Positions 54,991-62,669 are shown, numbered from the stretch's first letter. The stretch is 64,000 bases of DNA from an uncultured Gemmatimonadaceae bacterium (GCA_963843845.1 CAWJMB010000007.1:32875-96874), one strand, 5' to 3'. Notes: generated from the sequence alone by a model not told the origin. Translations and numbers: made by a program.

Positions 54991-55617
54991 CTAATGCCCG
55001 CCGAGCAGACGCCGCCATACCGGCGGGTTCTTGCGCAGGATCTCGCCGTTCAGGTAGCCCGCGTAGCTGACCCACGCGAGATAGGGGAGGGTGAGCAGCG
55101 TCGCCGTGCGGTCGACTTTGCGCGCCGCGGCCGTGTACGCCGCGAGCGCTCCCCACAGTCCGAGCAGATCGACCATCGCCGCCTTCGGCCGGCGCGCGCC
55201 GAAGAACAGTGGCGACCACGCCGCGTTCAGTCCGATCTGCGTCGCCCAGAGCGCGAGCGCCGTGTCGCGTCGCCGCGTCGACGGCTGCTGCCAGACGCGC
55301 CACCCCGAGACGGCCGTCATGCCGTACAGCGCGGTCCACACGACCGGAAAGACCGCCGCCGGCGGATTCCCCTTCCCCTTGCGCAGCCCGCGATACCAGA
55401 CCGCCGCGCGTCCGTCTCGCGGTGAGCTGCTGGCGCCGGCGAGCGCGCCGACGGTGACCGCGCCCGCCACGGCGGCGACGAACCCGGCGAGCGGCAGCAG
55501 GTCGTGCTCACGCACATACTCGCCGGCCTGCCGCGTCGCGTCGACGACTCGGCGGCGGATGGCGGGCACTTCACGACGAACGCGGGGAACGATTTCGGCG
55601 ACGACGGCAGCGGACAT
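54991..55617 (-). CDS. tspO: TspO/MBR family protein
   Basis: WYRGLRK..NPPAAVFPVVWTALY, LNAAWSPLFFG, PYLAWVSYAGYLN. Confidence 0.93.
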   Translation of the reverse strand: MSAAVVAEIVPRVRREVPAIRRRVVDATRQAGEYVREHDLLPLAGFVAAVAGAVTVGALAGASSSPRDGRAAVWYRGLRKGKGNPPAAVFPVVWTALYGMTAVSGWRVWQQPSTRRRDTALALWATQIGLNAAWSPLFFGARRPKAAMVDLLGLWGALAAYTAAARKVDRTATLLTLPYLAWVSYAGYLNGEILRKNPPVWRRLLGGH

Positions 55618-55736
55618 GATCGGCTCGCGGTGACAGGGAATCGGGAGCCGTCATACGGCGGAAGGCGTGCCACGGGCCGTCGGCGAGACGAATGGCCGCG
55701 GGTTAGAGTACGGCCGACCCTCTCACTGGGCTCGTC

Positions 55737-57095
55737 ATGGTCTCTCGCATCATCACGCTCCTCGTCGGCACCGCGTCGCTCGTCGCGGCCGCGTGCGGTG
55801 GAGACGTCGGCACGTCGACACCCCCGGTCGCGCCGCTCGCCGCGCTCGACACGATCGACGTCGGCGCGACCGCCGGCAGCACGTGGCCGAATCTCGCCGC
55901 CGCCGAAGGGACGATCGTACTGAGCTGGCTCGAGGAGCGGCCCGACAGCGTCGCCGGCGCGCCGCGCTACCGGCTGCGCGTCTCGCGACGCGATGGCGGC
56001 CGGTGGACGCCCCCCGTGACGGTCGTCGACAGCGCGGACTTCGTCGTGAACTGGGCCGACTTCCCGGCGGTCGCGCCGATGTCTGGCGCACGCCTCGCCG
56101 CGTGGTGGCCGCAGCGCAACCGGCGAGGCGGCGCGGGCACCTCCGCGTACGACGCCATCGTCTCGACGTCGGCCGACGGCGGCGCGACGTGGAGCGCCGG
56201 CGTTCCGCTGCACGGCGACGGCACGAACACCGAGCACGGCTTCGTCGCGTTCGTGCCGTTAGGCGCGGCGGGTGACTCGATCGGCGCGGTGTGGCTCGAC
56301 GGGCGCGACTACGCGCGGCCGACGACCCCGACATCGGGATCGGCCGCCGCGGCGGGAGCGCACAACATGCAGCTCGCCGTCGCCACGCTGAACGGAAGGG
56401 GCGCGCCGTCGGGCGAGCGGATGCTCGACACGATGGTGTGTACCTGCTGCCGCACCTCCGCCGCACGTACCCGCCGAGGCGTCGTCGTCGCGTACCGCGA
56501 TCGGCAGCCGGGCGAGGTGCGGGACATCGCGGTCGCTCGGTACGAGCAGGGCGTGTGGTCGACACCCTCGCTCGTGCATCGCGACGGGTGGATCTTCCCC
56601 GGCTGCCCGGTGAACGGCGCGGTCGTCGCGGCGCACGGCGATACGGTCGCCGTCGCGTGGTTCACCGCGCCGCACGACTCGGCGCGTGTGAACGTCGCAT
56701 TCTCGACCGACGGCGGCCGCACGTTCGGCTCGCCGACGCGCATCGACGACGGGCATCCGGCCGGGCGCGCCGGGATCGTCGTCGACGGAAGCGGGGCGGC
56801 GGTGGTGACGTGGATCGAGCGCGTCGCGCCGGCGTCGTCGCGGCTGCCGTGGCGCGCGGCGGAGCAGACGGCGAAGGGCGCGCCGTTAGGCGGCTCCGAG
56901 GTCCGGGCGCGCCGCGTCACGCTGGCGGGGGTGCGCGGGGCGGCGCAGACGCTGCTCGTCTCGACCGAGGGGCGCGCGAGCGGCTTTCCGCAGCTCGCCG
57001 CGCTCGGCGACACGGTCTATCTGGCGTGGACGGACCCGCCGGCGGGCGGCACGCCGTCGCGCGTTCGCGTCGCGCGCACGACGCTCAATCGTTAG
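55737..57095 (+). CDS. BNR/sialidase-fold lipoprotein
   Basis: Lipobox AAAC; VNWADFP, SADGGATWS, EHGF, CTCCRT, GCPVNG, STDGGRTF. Confidence 0.85.
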   Translation: MVSRIITLLVGTASLVAAACGGDVGTSTPPVAPLAALDTIDVGATAGSTWPNLAAAEGTIVLSWLEERPDSVAGAPRYRLRVSRRDGGRWTPPVTVVDSADFVVNWADFPAVAPMSGARLAAWWPQRNRRGGAGTSAYDAIVSTSADGGATWSAGVPLHGDGTNTEHGFVAFVPLGAAGDSIGAVWLDGRDYARPTTPTSGSAAAAGAHNMQLAVATLNGRGAPSGERMLDTMVCTCCRTSAARTRRGVVVAYRDRQPGEVRDIAVARYEQGVWSTPSLVHRDGWIFPGCPVNGAVVAAHGDTVAVAWFTAPHDSARVNVAFSTDGGRTFGSPTRIDDGHPAGRAGIVVDGSGAAVVTWIERVAPASSRLPWRAAEQTAKGAPLGGSEVRARRVTLAGVRGAAQTLLVSTEGRASGFPQLAALGDTVYLAWTDPPAGGTPSRVRVARTTLNR

Positions 57096-57447
57096 GCAGC
57101 CGCCGCTTCCCGCTGCGTCGCCGCGCGAAGGTCGACGGGCGGCGGAAGCGGTCCTGCCTCGTGCACCCCATCGAGACGCTCGCCCGCCACGGCCACGCGG
57201 CGTCGAACGCTGCGGCGGGGAGGATGAGCCCCGCCGCGTCGGGCCGGCGCGTGAGGTCGGCCGCCAAGGCGAGCGCGGCGCGGATGTCGTCGCGCTCCAG
57301 GTCGGGGAAGTCGGCGAGGATCTCGTCCTCCGTCATCCCGCCCGCCAGGGAGTCGAGCACGCCGGAGACCGTCATCCGCAGCCCCCGGATGCACGGCTGC
57401 CCGCTGCGCCCGCCCGGCTCGATCCTGATCCGCCCGCGGTAGTCCAT
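57085..57447 (-). CDS. DUF433 antitoxin-like protein, terminal degenerate cassette with read-through C-terminus
   Basis: RSGQPCIRGLRMTV..VLDSLAGGMTEDEILADFPDLERDDIRAAL. Confidence 0.75.
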   Translation of the reverse strand: MDYRGRIRIEPGGRSGQPCIRGLRMTVSGVLDSLAGGMTEDEILADFPDLERDDIRAALALAADLTRRPDAAGLILPAAAFDAAWPWRASVSMGCTRQDRFRRPSTFARRRSGKRRLPND

Positions 57448-57520
57448 GGATCTGACGCTACGCCGGCCCGCGCGCGGGAGCAGGCCACCCAGTCCCGGCC
57501 CTGCGACGATGGCCGTCGCT

Positions 57521-57674
57521 CGCTACCGCCCAGGTTCAGCCGCGGGCTCGGAGCGCGTGGGAGACCAGTGTACGACCCAGCCGACGGCCGCCCTGACCCT
57601 CCCCCGCGATCCGACAGCTGCAACGCCACTGGAGGACGCTGCGCGCCCACGTCAGCTGCAACGATTCGTCAGGC
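57521..57674 (-). repeat. Degenerate attC site (long, about 154 bp)
   Basis: CGCTACC-GCCCAGGTTCAGCCGC ... CGTCAGCTGCAACGATTCGTCAGGC; both core boxes deviate. Confidence 0.65.
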
Positions 57675-57688
57675 CGCGGCCCTCGGAC

Positions 57689-57964
57689 CTACGTGTTGTG
57701 GGACCGGAGGTTGTGGCCGGTGAGCTCGTCCATCATTTCGGCAAAACGGGTCCACCCGATGCGCTTCGACTTCTGTTGGCTGCGGCCGGTCCAGTATAGC
57801 GCCCCGCGTCCGACCTCGAGCTCCCCGAGCTTGCCGTCGCTCCCTCGAATCTCCAGCGTGAGCGCCGTGCCCGCCTTCGTGAGCTCCACGACGCTGAGCC
57901 GCGCGCTCACCGAGTGGACTCGCCGACTCGTCGTGGCCTTCCCTGCGCGCTTGGCGGTCGCCAT
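57689..57964 (-). CDS. Cassette hypothetical protein (91 aa)
   Basis: AAGGAGGT RBS; lies between attC sites. Confidence 0.8.
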   Translation of the reverse strand: MATAKRAGKATTSRRVHSVSARLSVVELTKAGTALTLEIRGSDGKLGELEVGRGALYWTGRSQQKSKRIGWTRFAEMMDELTGHNLRSHNT

Positions 57965-57994
57965 CCGATACCTCCTTGAGTGAAGATTGTAGCG

Positions 57995-58066
57995 GCCTAT
58001 CGCCCGAGTTCACCTGCGACGCCGCGGGGCCGGAATTCTGCGCTGGCGCGGATCGATGCGCGCCCT
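57995..58066 (-). repeat. attC half-site (left of IS), mutated core GCCTATC
   Basis: GCCTATCGCCCGAGTTCACCTGCGA matches the left arms of intact sites. Confidence 0.75.
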
Positions 58067-58870
58067 CGGGATCTTGCACCACCGCCGTCCGGTCTCGCGT
58101 GAGCCACCACGCGAGGACGCGGCGCGAATACTGATCCATGACGGCCGCGAGGTAGCGCCGGGCGCCATCGACGTTCACGTAGCTGATGTCGCCGACCCAG
58201 GCCTGATCGGGCCGCGTGACGTGCGTCATCCGCGGCCGGTTCGGGTGCTGCGCGTACGGGCGGCGGATCGCGGTCTTCGGCCGATCCCCGCGTACCGCTG
58301 TGGCCCGTAACCCGGCGGCGCGCATCGGGCGGGCGACCCGCCGGCGGCTCACGCGCCAGCCCGCGCGCACGAGCAGCTGAGGGATGCGCACTCTCGGCGC
58401 GCCGCCGCCAGGCGGAGTACCCGCCTCGCGTGACGCCGTAGCGTCGGCACAGCGTCGTCACGGGGTGCTATCCCCGGTGCGCGTCGATGAAGGCGAAGAC
58501 GTCGCCCGCCGAGCGGAACAGAACCGGATGGCTTTTTGTAGGAGCTCGTGCTCCTCGCGCAGCCGCGCGTGCGCGGTCTCGAGCGCCTGGAACTGGGCGA
58601 GCTCGCGCGCCGGGCCGGGCGGCGGCGCCTTCGGGGCTGCACCGCGGAGGACGCCCTCTCGCGCGTCCCGCCGCCACTTCGAGCGCACGAACGGGTGGAT
58701 CGCCGGCGCGGCGGCGGCCGCGCGCACCTGCACACCCGGCTGCTCGCTCAGCCGCACCGCCGTCAGCTTGAACTCGTCGGTGTACTTCCGAACCGTGCGT
58801 GGTCCTGATCGCGGCATCGTGACACCTCCTCGCTAGCGAAAAGTGTCAACCAGAGTGGAGCAAGATCCCG
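58067..58870 (-). mobile_element. IS3-family element, internally deleted and degraded
   Basis: 15-bp IRs CGGGATCTTGCACCA / TGGAGCAAGATCCCG; orfA RKYTDEFKLTAVRL...LLQKA (58458-58817); orfB pieces LCRRYGVTRGGYSAW, PDQAWVGDISYV, YLAAVMDQYSRRVLAW, then abrupt end at the IR. Confidence 0.9.
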
Positions 58871-58895
58871 CGTCAGCTTCAACGGCTCGTTAGGC
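58871..58895 (-). repeat. attC half-site (right of IS)
   Basis: CGTCAGCTTCAACGGCTCGTTAGGC. Confidence 0.8.
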
Positions 58896-59312
58896 AGCAC
58901 TTCCCGGCGCGGGAGGCTGTTTCGCCCCAGTTTGGCCCGGAAGAGCCCCGAAGCCAGGATACTCGGAGTCCATCTGTTTAAGGAGCTCGCCGTATCGCGC
59001 GTTGACGTGAGACTCGGCCGCACCGCCATATCGCAAATCGCGAAGCAGGTCATCGAGCCCACGCAGTCTCCTGCGGTGCCACCGTGACTTATCCTCGAAC
59101 TTCAGAACGTTGCCGGCAAGCACAACGATCCCGGGCAGAGCTGTGACCACCGCACGCCATTGCGCAGACCACCAGTCTCCGGCGACGGCGACCGTGGCGA
59201 GCGCGCTCGCGCCGAGAGCGAGGACTACGAGCGCATTCCCAGCCCGTCGATTGCTCGAAGCGCGTTGCTGCGATTTCTTGATCGCGTCTGCCAGCACCTC
59301 GGCGAGGCTCAT
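58890..59312 (-). CDS. Cassette two-TM protein, SLATT/DUF4231-like
   Basis: Two hydrophobic helices followed by KFEDKSRWHRRR and a helical tail; stop codon lies in the attC core. Confidence 0.6.
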   Translation of the reverse strand: MSLAEVLADAIKKSQQRASSNRRAGNALVVLALGASALATVAVAGDWWSAQWRAVVTALPGIVVLAGNVLKFEDKSRWHRRRLRGLDDLLRDLRYGGAAESHVNARYGELLKQMDSEYPGFGALPGQTGAKQPPAPGSAA

Positions 59313-59345
59313 GACCGGAATCCAGTTGAGGTGATTCGCTGTGCC

Positions 59346-59466
59346 GCCTAACGCGCACGTTAAGCTGCGAGCGCGGCGGGCGCGACACCGGGGGCGGCCG
59401 GCAGCGACGGTCGCCAGATCGCTGACCCGTCCGGGTGCACTCGTCAGCTTCAACGACGCGTTGGGC
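59346..59466 (-). repeat. attC site
   Basis: GCCTAACGCGCACGTTAAGCTGCGAG...CTCGTCAGCTTCAACGACGCGTTGGGC. Confidence 0.9.
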
Positions 59467-59476
59467 GGCGGTCAGG

Positions 59477-59746
59477 TCAGCGCAGCTCCTGCAAGTCCTC
59501 GACGTACGCACCGCGGTCGAACGGACGTCGCTCGGCCATCATGCGCGCGATCTCCCGCTCGAGCGCGGCGGCGACGCGCGCCGCCGCGCTCGGCTCGGAC
59601 GCGCCCGCGTCGCGGAGTCGATCGAAGGTCGCGCGCACCTCCGGCCAGTCGACGCTGTCGCGCTGGCGGCGCACCAGCCCGCGAGCCCGTCGGCGTGATC
59701 GCGCCTGTCTCCAGCGTCTCACAAGGCTCTCAAGAAGCTCGGGCAT
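59477..59746 (-). CDS. Cassette hypothetical protein (89 aa)
   Basis: Single ORF filling the space between two attC sites. Confidence 0.65.
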   Translation of the reverse strand: MPELLESLVRRWRQARSRRRARGLVRRQRDSVDWPEVRATFDRLRDAGASEPSAAARVAAALEREIARMMAERRPFDRGAYVEDLQELR

Positions 59747-59768
59747 GGCGCCGTACGTGAGTGAGTTC

Positions 59769-59865
59769 GCCTAACGCTCACCTTCAGCTGCGAAGGCGCG
59801 GGCGTGATCTCGGCCGCCGGTGTGGAACGCTGCGCGCCTTCGTCAGCTGCACGCGACCGTTAGGC
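59769..59865 (-). repeat. attC site
   Basis: GCCTAACGCTCACCTTCAGCTGCGAAGG...CCTTCGTCAGCTGCACGCGACCGTTAGGC. Confidence 0.9.
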
Positions 59866-60106
59866 GGCGGCGCCGCGCCACCAAGTCGCTCAGGAACTCC
59901 GGCGCGAAGTCGGCGCCGTTCGGCCACGCGACCGTGCGCACCTCCGGGTCGACGCGGACCTGCCCGAAGACGGTCGGGTCGCAGCGCGGCTCGGAGACTT
60001 CGCCCGTCAGCTCGGCGCCGAGGTCGACCTCGCCCTCGACCCCGTCGCTGAACCGGAGCCAGAGCACGTGGGCGCGGACATGGCGCGCCGCGGTGACGTG
60101 GAGCAT
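59843..60106 (-). CDS. DUF2442 antitoxin-like protein
   Basis: LWLRFSDGVEGEVDL...F.QVRVDPEVRTVAWPNGADFAPEFL. Confidence 0.88.
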   Translation of the reverse strand: MLHVTAARHVRAHVLWLRFSDGVEGEVDLGAELTGEVSEPRCDPTVFGQVRVDPEVRTVAWPNGADFAPEFLSDLVARRRRLTVACS

Positions 60107-60134
60107 GCGGTCTCCCGGGAATGGACTCGGGAAC

Positions 60135-60403
60135 CTACTCCAGCGGCGGGATGGGCTTCAACGGCTTTCGCTCCCAGGCCAGCGCCCAGTCCTCCAGCAG
60201 CGCGTCGCGGTGCTCGTCGAGCCACTTCAGCACGTGCCCCAGGGCGCTGCGCGGGGAGCGGCCCGTCACGACCCCGTCACGACGCCGTCGCAGATCCCGA
60301 CGGTCACCTCGTAGTCGCCGTAGGCGGCGTGGAAGTGCGGCGGCTCGTGGTCGCGGTAGAGGATCGCAATGACGATCCCGAGGAAACGGCTGATGACCGG
60401 CAT
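60135..60403 (-). pseudogene. DUF4160 toxin-like gene disrupted by an 11-bp tandem duplication
   Basis: MPVISRFLGIVI..YRDHEPPHFHAAYG ... WLDEHRDALLEDW...IPPLE; CCCGTCACGAC duplicated at 60262-60283. Confidence 0.85.
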
Positions 60404-60433
60404 GCCCGAGAGATACGACGAAGGGAGAGAGCC

Positions 60434-60530
60434 GCCTAACGCCAGAGTGAAGCTGCGGAGCCGGCCGCGCCGAGTCGTGCGGCCGCGAGGATGGTTGGCC
60501 GGCTCCGTCAGCTTCAACGACTCGTTAGCG
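60434..60530 (-). repeat. attC site
   Basis: GCCTAACGCCAGAGTGAAGCTGCGGAGCCGGCC...GGCCGGCTCCGTCAGCTTCAACGACTCGTTAGCG. Confidence 0.92.
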
Positions 60531-60846
60531 AGCCACTCCGATTACCTGTCCCGGCCGCGCCGCGCCGAGGGCGTCGCGGAGTGTGGGCATGAGCGCCAGC
60601 AGGTCGCGCAGCCGGTTGGTCCGCGCCCGGAGCACGACGACCGCGACGCCCGCCGCCGCGACGTTCTGCTGGTAGCTGAGGTTGCGGTCCATCGTCACGA
60701 ACAGGGTGAACCCGGCGCCGAGCATCAGGCGTAGCAGGTCCCCGTTCCGGCGGCTCGCCCACCCTTCGGCCGGCACCGTCGAGACGTCGAGGCCCGGCAT
60801 CGCGCCGCAGCCGCCGCGGCACGCACTCGTCCAGCAGCACGCGCAT
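60525..60846 (-). CDS. DUF5615 PIN-like toxin (apparent frameshift near 60805)
   Basis: MRVLLDECVPRRL; GW..RRNGDLL; FVTMDRNLSYQQN. Confidence 0.85.
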
Positions 60847-60866
60847 CGCAGCCGGCGGCCGGTTCG

Positions 60867-61088
60867 TCAGGCGGCGCGCAGGCTGTCGAGCAGCCGCTCC
60901 TTCGCGGCTTCGAGCGTCGCAACCGCCTGCGCGCGCGTCACCGTCGGGAAGTCCTCGAGGAACTCGTCGAGCGGGTCGCCCGCCTCGAGATAGTCGAGCA
61001 GCGTCTGGAACGGCACGCGCGTCCCGACGAAGACGGGCGTGCCGCCGAGGATCTCGGGGTCGCTGTGGATGGGCAAATCAGACGCCAC
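60867..61088 (-). CDS. DUF433 antitoxin
   Basis: DPEILGGTPVFVGTRVPFQTLLDYLEAGDPLDEFLEDFPTV. Confidence 0.92.
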   Translation of the reverse strand: MASDLPIHSDPEILGGTPVFVGTRVPFQTLLDYLEAGDPLDEFLEDFPTVTRAQAVATLEAAKERLLDSLRAA

Positions 61089-61140
61089 GGGGCACTCCGC
61101 TGTAGGACGAAACCATAACCTATGCGGAGGCTTGGGGGCT

Positions 61141-61237
61141 CGCTAACGCTTGAGTTCACCTGCGAAGCCGCAGGGTTGGAGCCATGCGCCGGCGCGGGAC
61201 GCCGCGCGGCTTCGTCAGGTGCAACGATTCGTTAGGC
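61141..61237 (-). repeat. attC site
   Basis: CGCTAACGCTTGAGTTCACCTGCGAAGCCGC...GCGGCTTCGTCAGGTGCAACGATTCGTTAGGC. Confidence 0.92.
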
Positions 61238-61552
61238 CGCGCCCCGCCGCGGGGACGCCGGCCCGCCGCGCAGAGCGCGCGCGACGGCCCGCGGCTCCGC
61301 GGCGGCCACGCGCAGCAGCGCCAGCGCCGGCCCCTCCGGCGTGCGCCGGCCCTGCTCCCAGTTGCGGAGCGTCGCCACGCTCACCCCGATCATCGCCGCG
61401 AACTCCTCCTGCGTCTGCTCCAGCGCCGTCCGGACCGCCTTCACGTCCGCCGGCCGGTAGCTCGTCCGCCGCGCCGCCCGCGCCTCCCCCCGCGCGATCC
61501 GGCCCGCCTGGCGCACGCTCGTCAGCAGCTCCTCAAATGCCTCGGCCTTCAT
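61232..61552 (-). CDS. HigA/NadS-like Xre HTH antitoxin
   Basis: FEELLTSVRQA, DVKAVR...TQEEFAAMIGVSVATLRNWEQGRRTPEGPALALL. Confidence 0.92.
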   Translation of the reverse strand: MKAEAFEELLTSVRQAGRIARGEARAARRTSYRPADVKAVRTALEQTQEEFAAMIGVSVATLRNWEQGRRTPEGPALALLRVAAAEPRAVARALRGGPASPRRGAA

Positions 61553-61869
61553 CCGAACTCCTCCCGGACGAGCCGGGCGAGCGCCTTCGCCTGGGCGGGC
61601 GTCAGGTCCCCCTGCTCGTTCTTGGCGTAGACGTACAGTAGGTAGACGGTCTCCGGCGCCGGCGCCCAGTAGTAGATCACGCGCACCCCGCCCCGCTTCC
61701 CGCGGCCGGCGGGCGCCCAGCGGAGCTTCCGCAGCCCGTGCGTGCCGGCGATCACCGCGCCCGCCTCGGGCCGGAGCAAGAGCGCGAGTTGGAGCGCGCG
61801 GTACTCCTCGGGCCCCAGCGCGGCGGCCACCAGCCGCGTGAACACGGGCGTCTCGACGAAGTGGACCAC
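61549..61869 (-). CDS. RelE/HigB family toxin
   Basis: FVETPVF, PEAGAVIAGTHGLRKLRW, GKRGGVRVIYY, YAKNEQGDLT; ATGA overlap with the antitoxin. Confidence 0.93.
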   Translation of the reverse strand: MVHFVETPVFTRLVAAALGPEEYRALQLALLLRPEAGAVIAGTHGLRKLRWAPAGRGKRGGVRVIYYWAPAPETVYLLYVYAKNEQGDLTPAQAKALARLVREEFG

Positions 61870-61875
61870 GCCGGG

Positions 61876-61894
61876 AAACTACGCCAATGGCGTA
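61876..61894 (-). promoter_or_regulatory. TA operator palindrome overlapping a putative -10 box
   Basis: TACGCCA-A-TGGCGTA (61880-61894) and minus-strand TAGTTT just upstream of the toxin GTG. Confidence 0.7.
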
Positions 61895-61942
61895 CGCGGC
61901 GCCAGGGCGGGCGCCTGGCAGGATCGCGCGGGACGCCAAGCG

Positions 61943-62039
61943 GCCTAACGCCCACGTTCACCTGCAAGGCCGCACGCGTGATCTGTGCTGCCGGGGAAGG
62001 ACGGCGCGCGGCCTTGTCAGGTGCAACGACACGTCAGGC
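61943..62039 (-). repeat. attC site
   Basis: GCCTAACGCCCACGTTCACCTGCAAGGCCGC...GCGGCCTTGTCAGGTGCAACGACACGTCAGGC. Confidence 0.9.
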
Positions 62040-62066
62040 CGCGGCGAAGTGACGGTCGCGGTCTCC

Positions 62067-62393
62067 TTAGCGGCCCAAGTCCGGGAACTGCCTCGTGCCC
62101 CGGAAGACGGTGAGAATCTCGGCCGCCCCGCCCCGCAGCTCGTACACGATGCGGTACGCCCCGTGGATGACCTCGCGCACGGCGGGGCCCTGCAGTTCGG
62201 GCACGATCCGCCCCGACTCCGGGTGCCGCTGCAGGCGGTCGACCGCGGCCACAAGCCGGCCGGCGACCACGGCGGCGTAGCGCGGCGAGTTCCGCGCGAT
62301 GAACGCGTGAACCTCTTCGAGGTCGTCCGCCGCCTGCTGCGTCCAGCGGATCGGAGTCGGCGGCCGGTCGGGCTCCGGCTCCGGCGTGCGCAC
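62067..62393 (-). CDS. RelE/ParE family toxin
   Basis: IRWTQQAADDLEEVHAFIARNSP..A, HPESGRIVPE, REVIHGAYRIVY, ILTVFRG. Confidence 0.93.
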   Translation of the reverse strand: MRTPEPEPDRPPTPIRWTQQAADDLEEVHAFIARNSPRYAAVVAGRLVAAVDRLQRHPESGRIVPELQGPAVREVIHGAYRIVYELRGGAAEILTVFRGTRQFPDLGR

Positions 62394-62405
62394 CGCCGCC
62401 CGCCG

Positions 62406-62591
62406 TCAGTGGAGCCCAAAGCGGGCGACGATCTCCTCGTGCGCGACGACGCGGCCGGCGCGCGCGTCGGCGCGGCCGCGCTCGATCTTCTCCAGGAAGT
62501 AGAGCCGCTCCATCGCGTCCTCGAACGTCGCGTCCTCGGGCAGGTCTTCGAGCGCGCGGAGGGCGAGCTGTTTGGCGGTGGCCTCACTCAT
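62406..62591 (-). CDS. Antitoxin partner of the ParE toxin
   Basis: LPEDATFEDAMERLYFLEKIERGRADARAGRVVAHEE; small acidic protein upstream of the toxin. Confidence 0.85.
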   Translation of the reverse strand: MSEATAKQLALRALEDLPEDATFEDAMERLYFLEKIERGRADARAGRVVAHEEIVARFGLH

Positions 62592-62669
62592 GGGAATCAC
62601 CTCGGGCGGCGTGGGATGCCGGAAGATACGTCGCGGCAGGACTTCGCGCCGCGACGGACTCTGCGAGCG

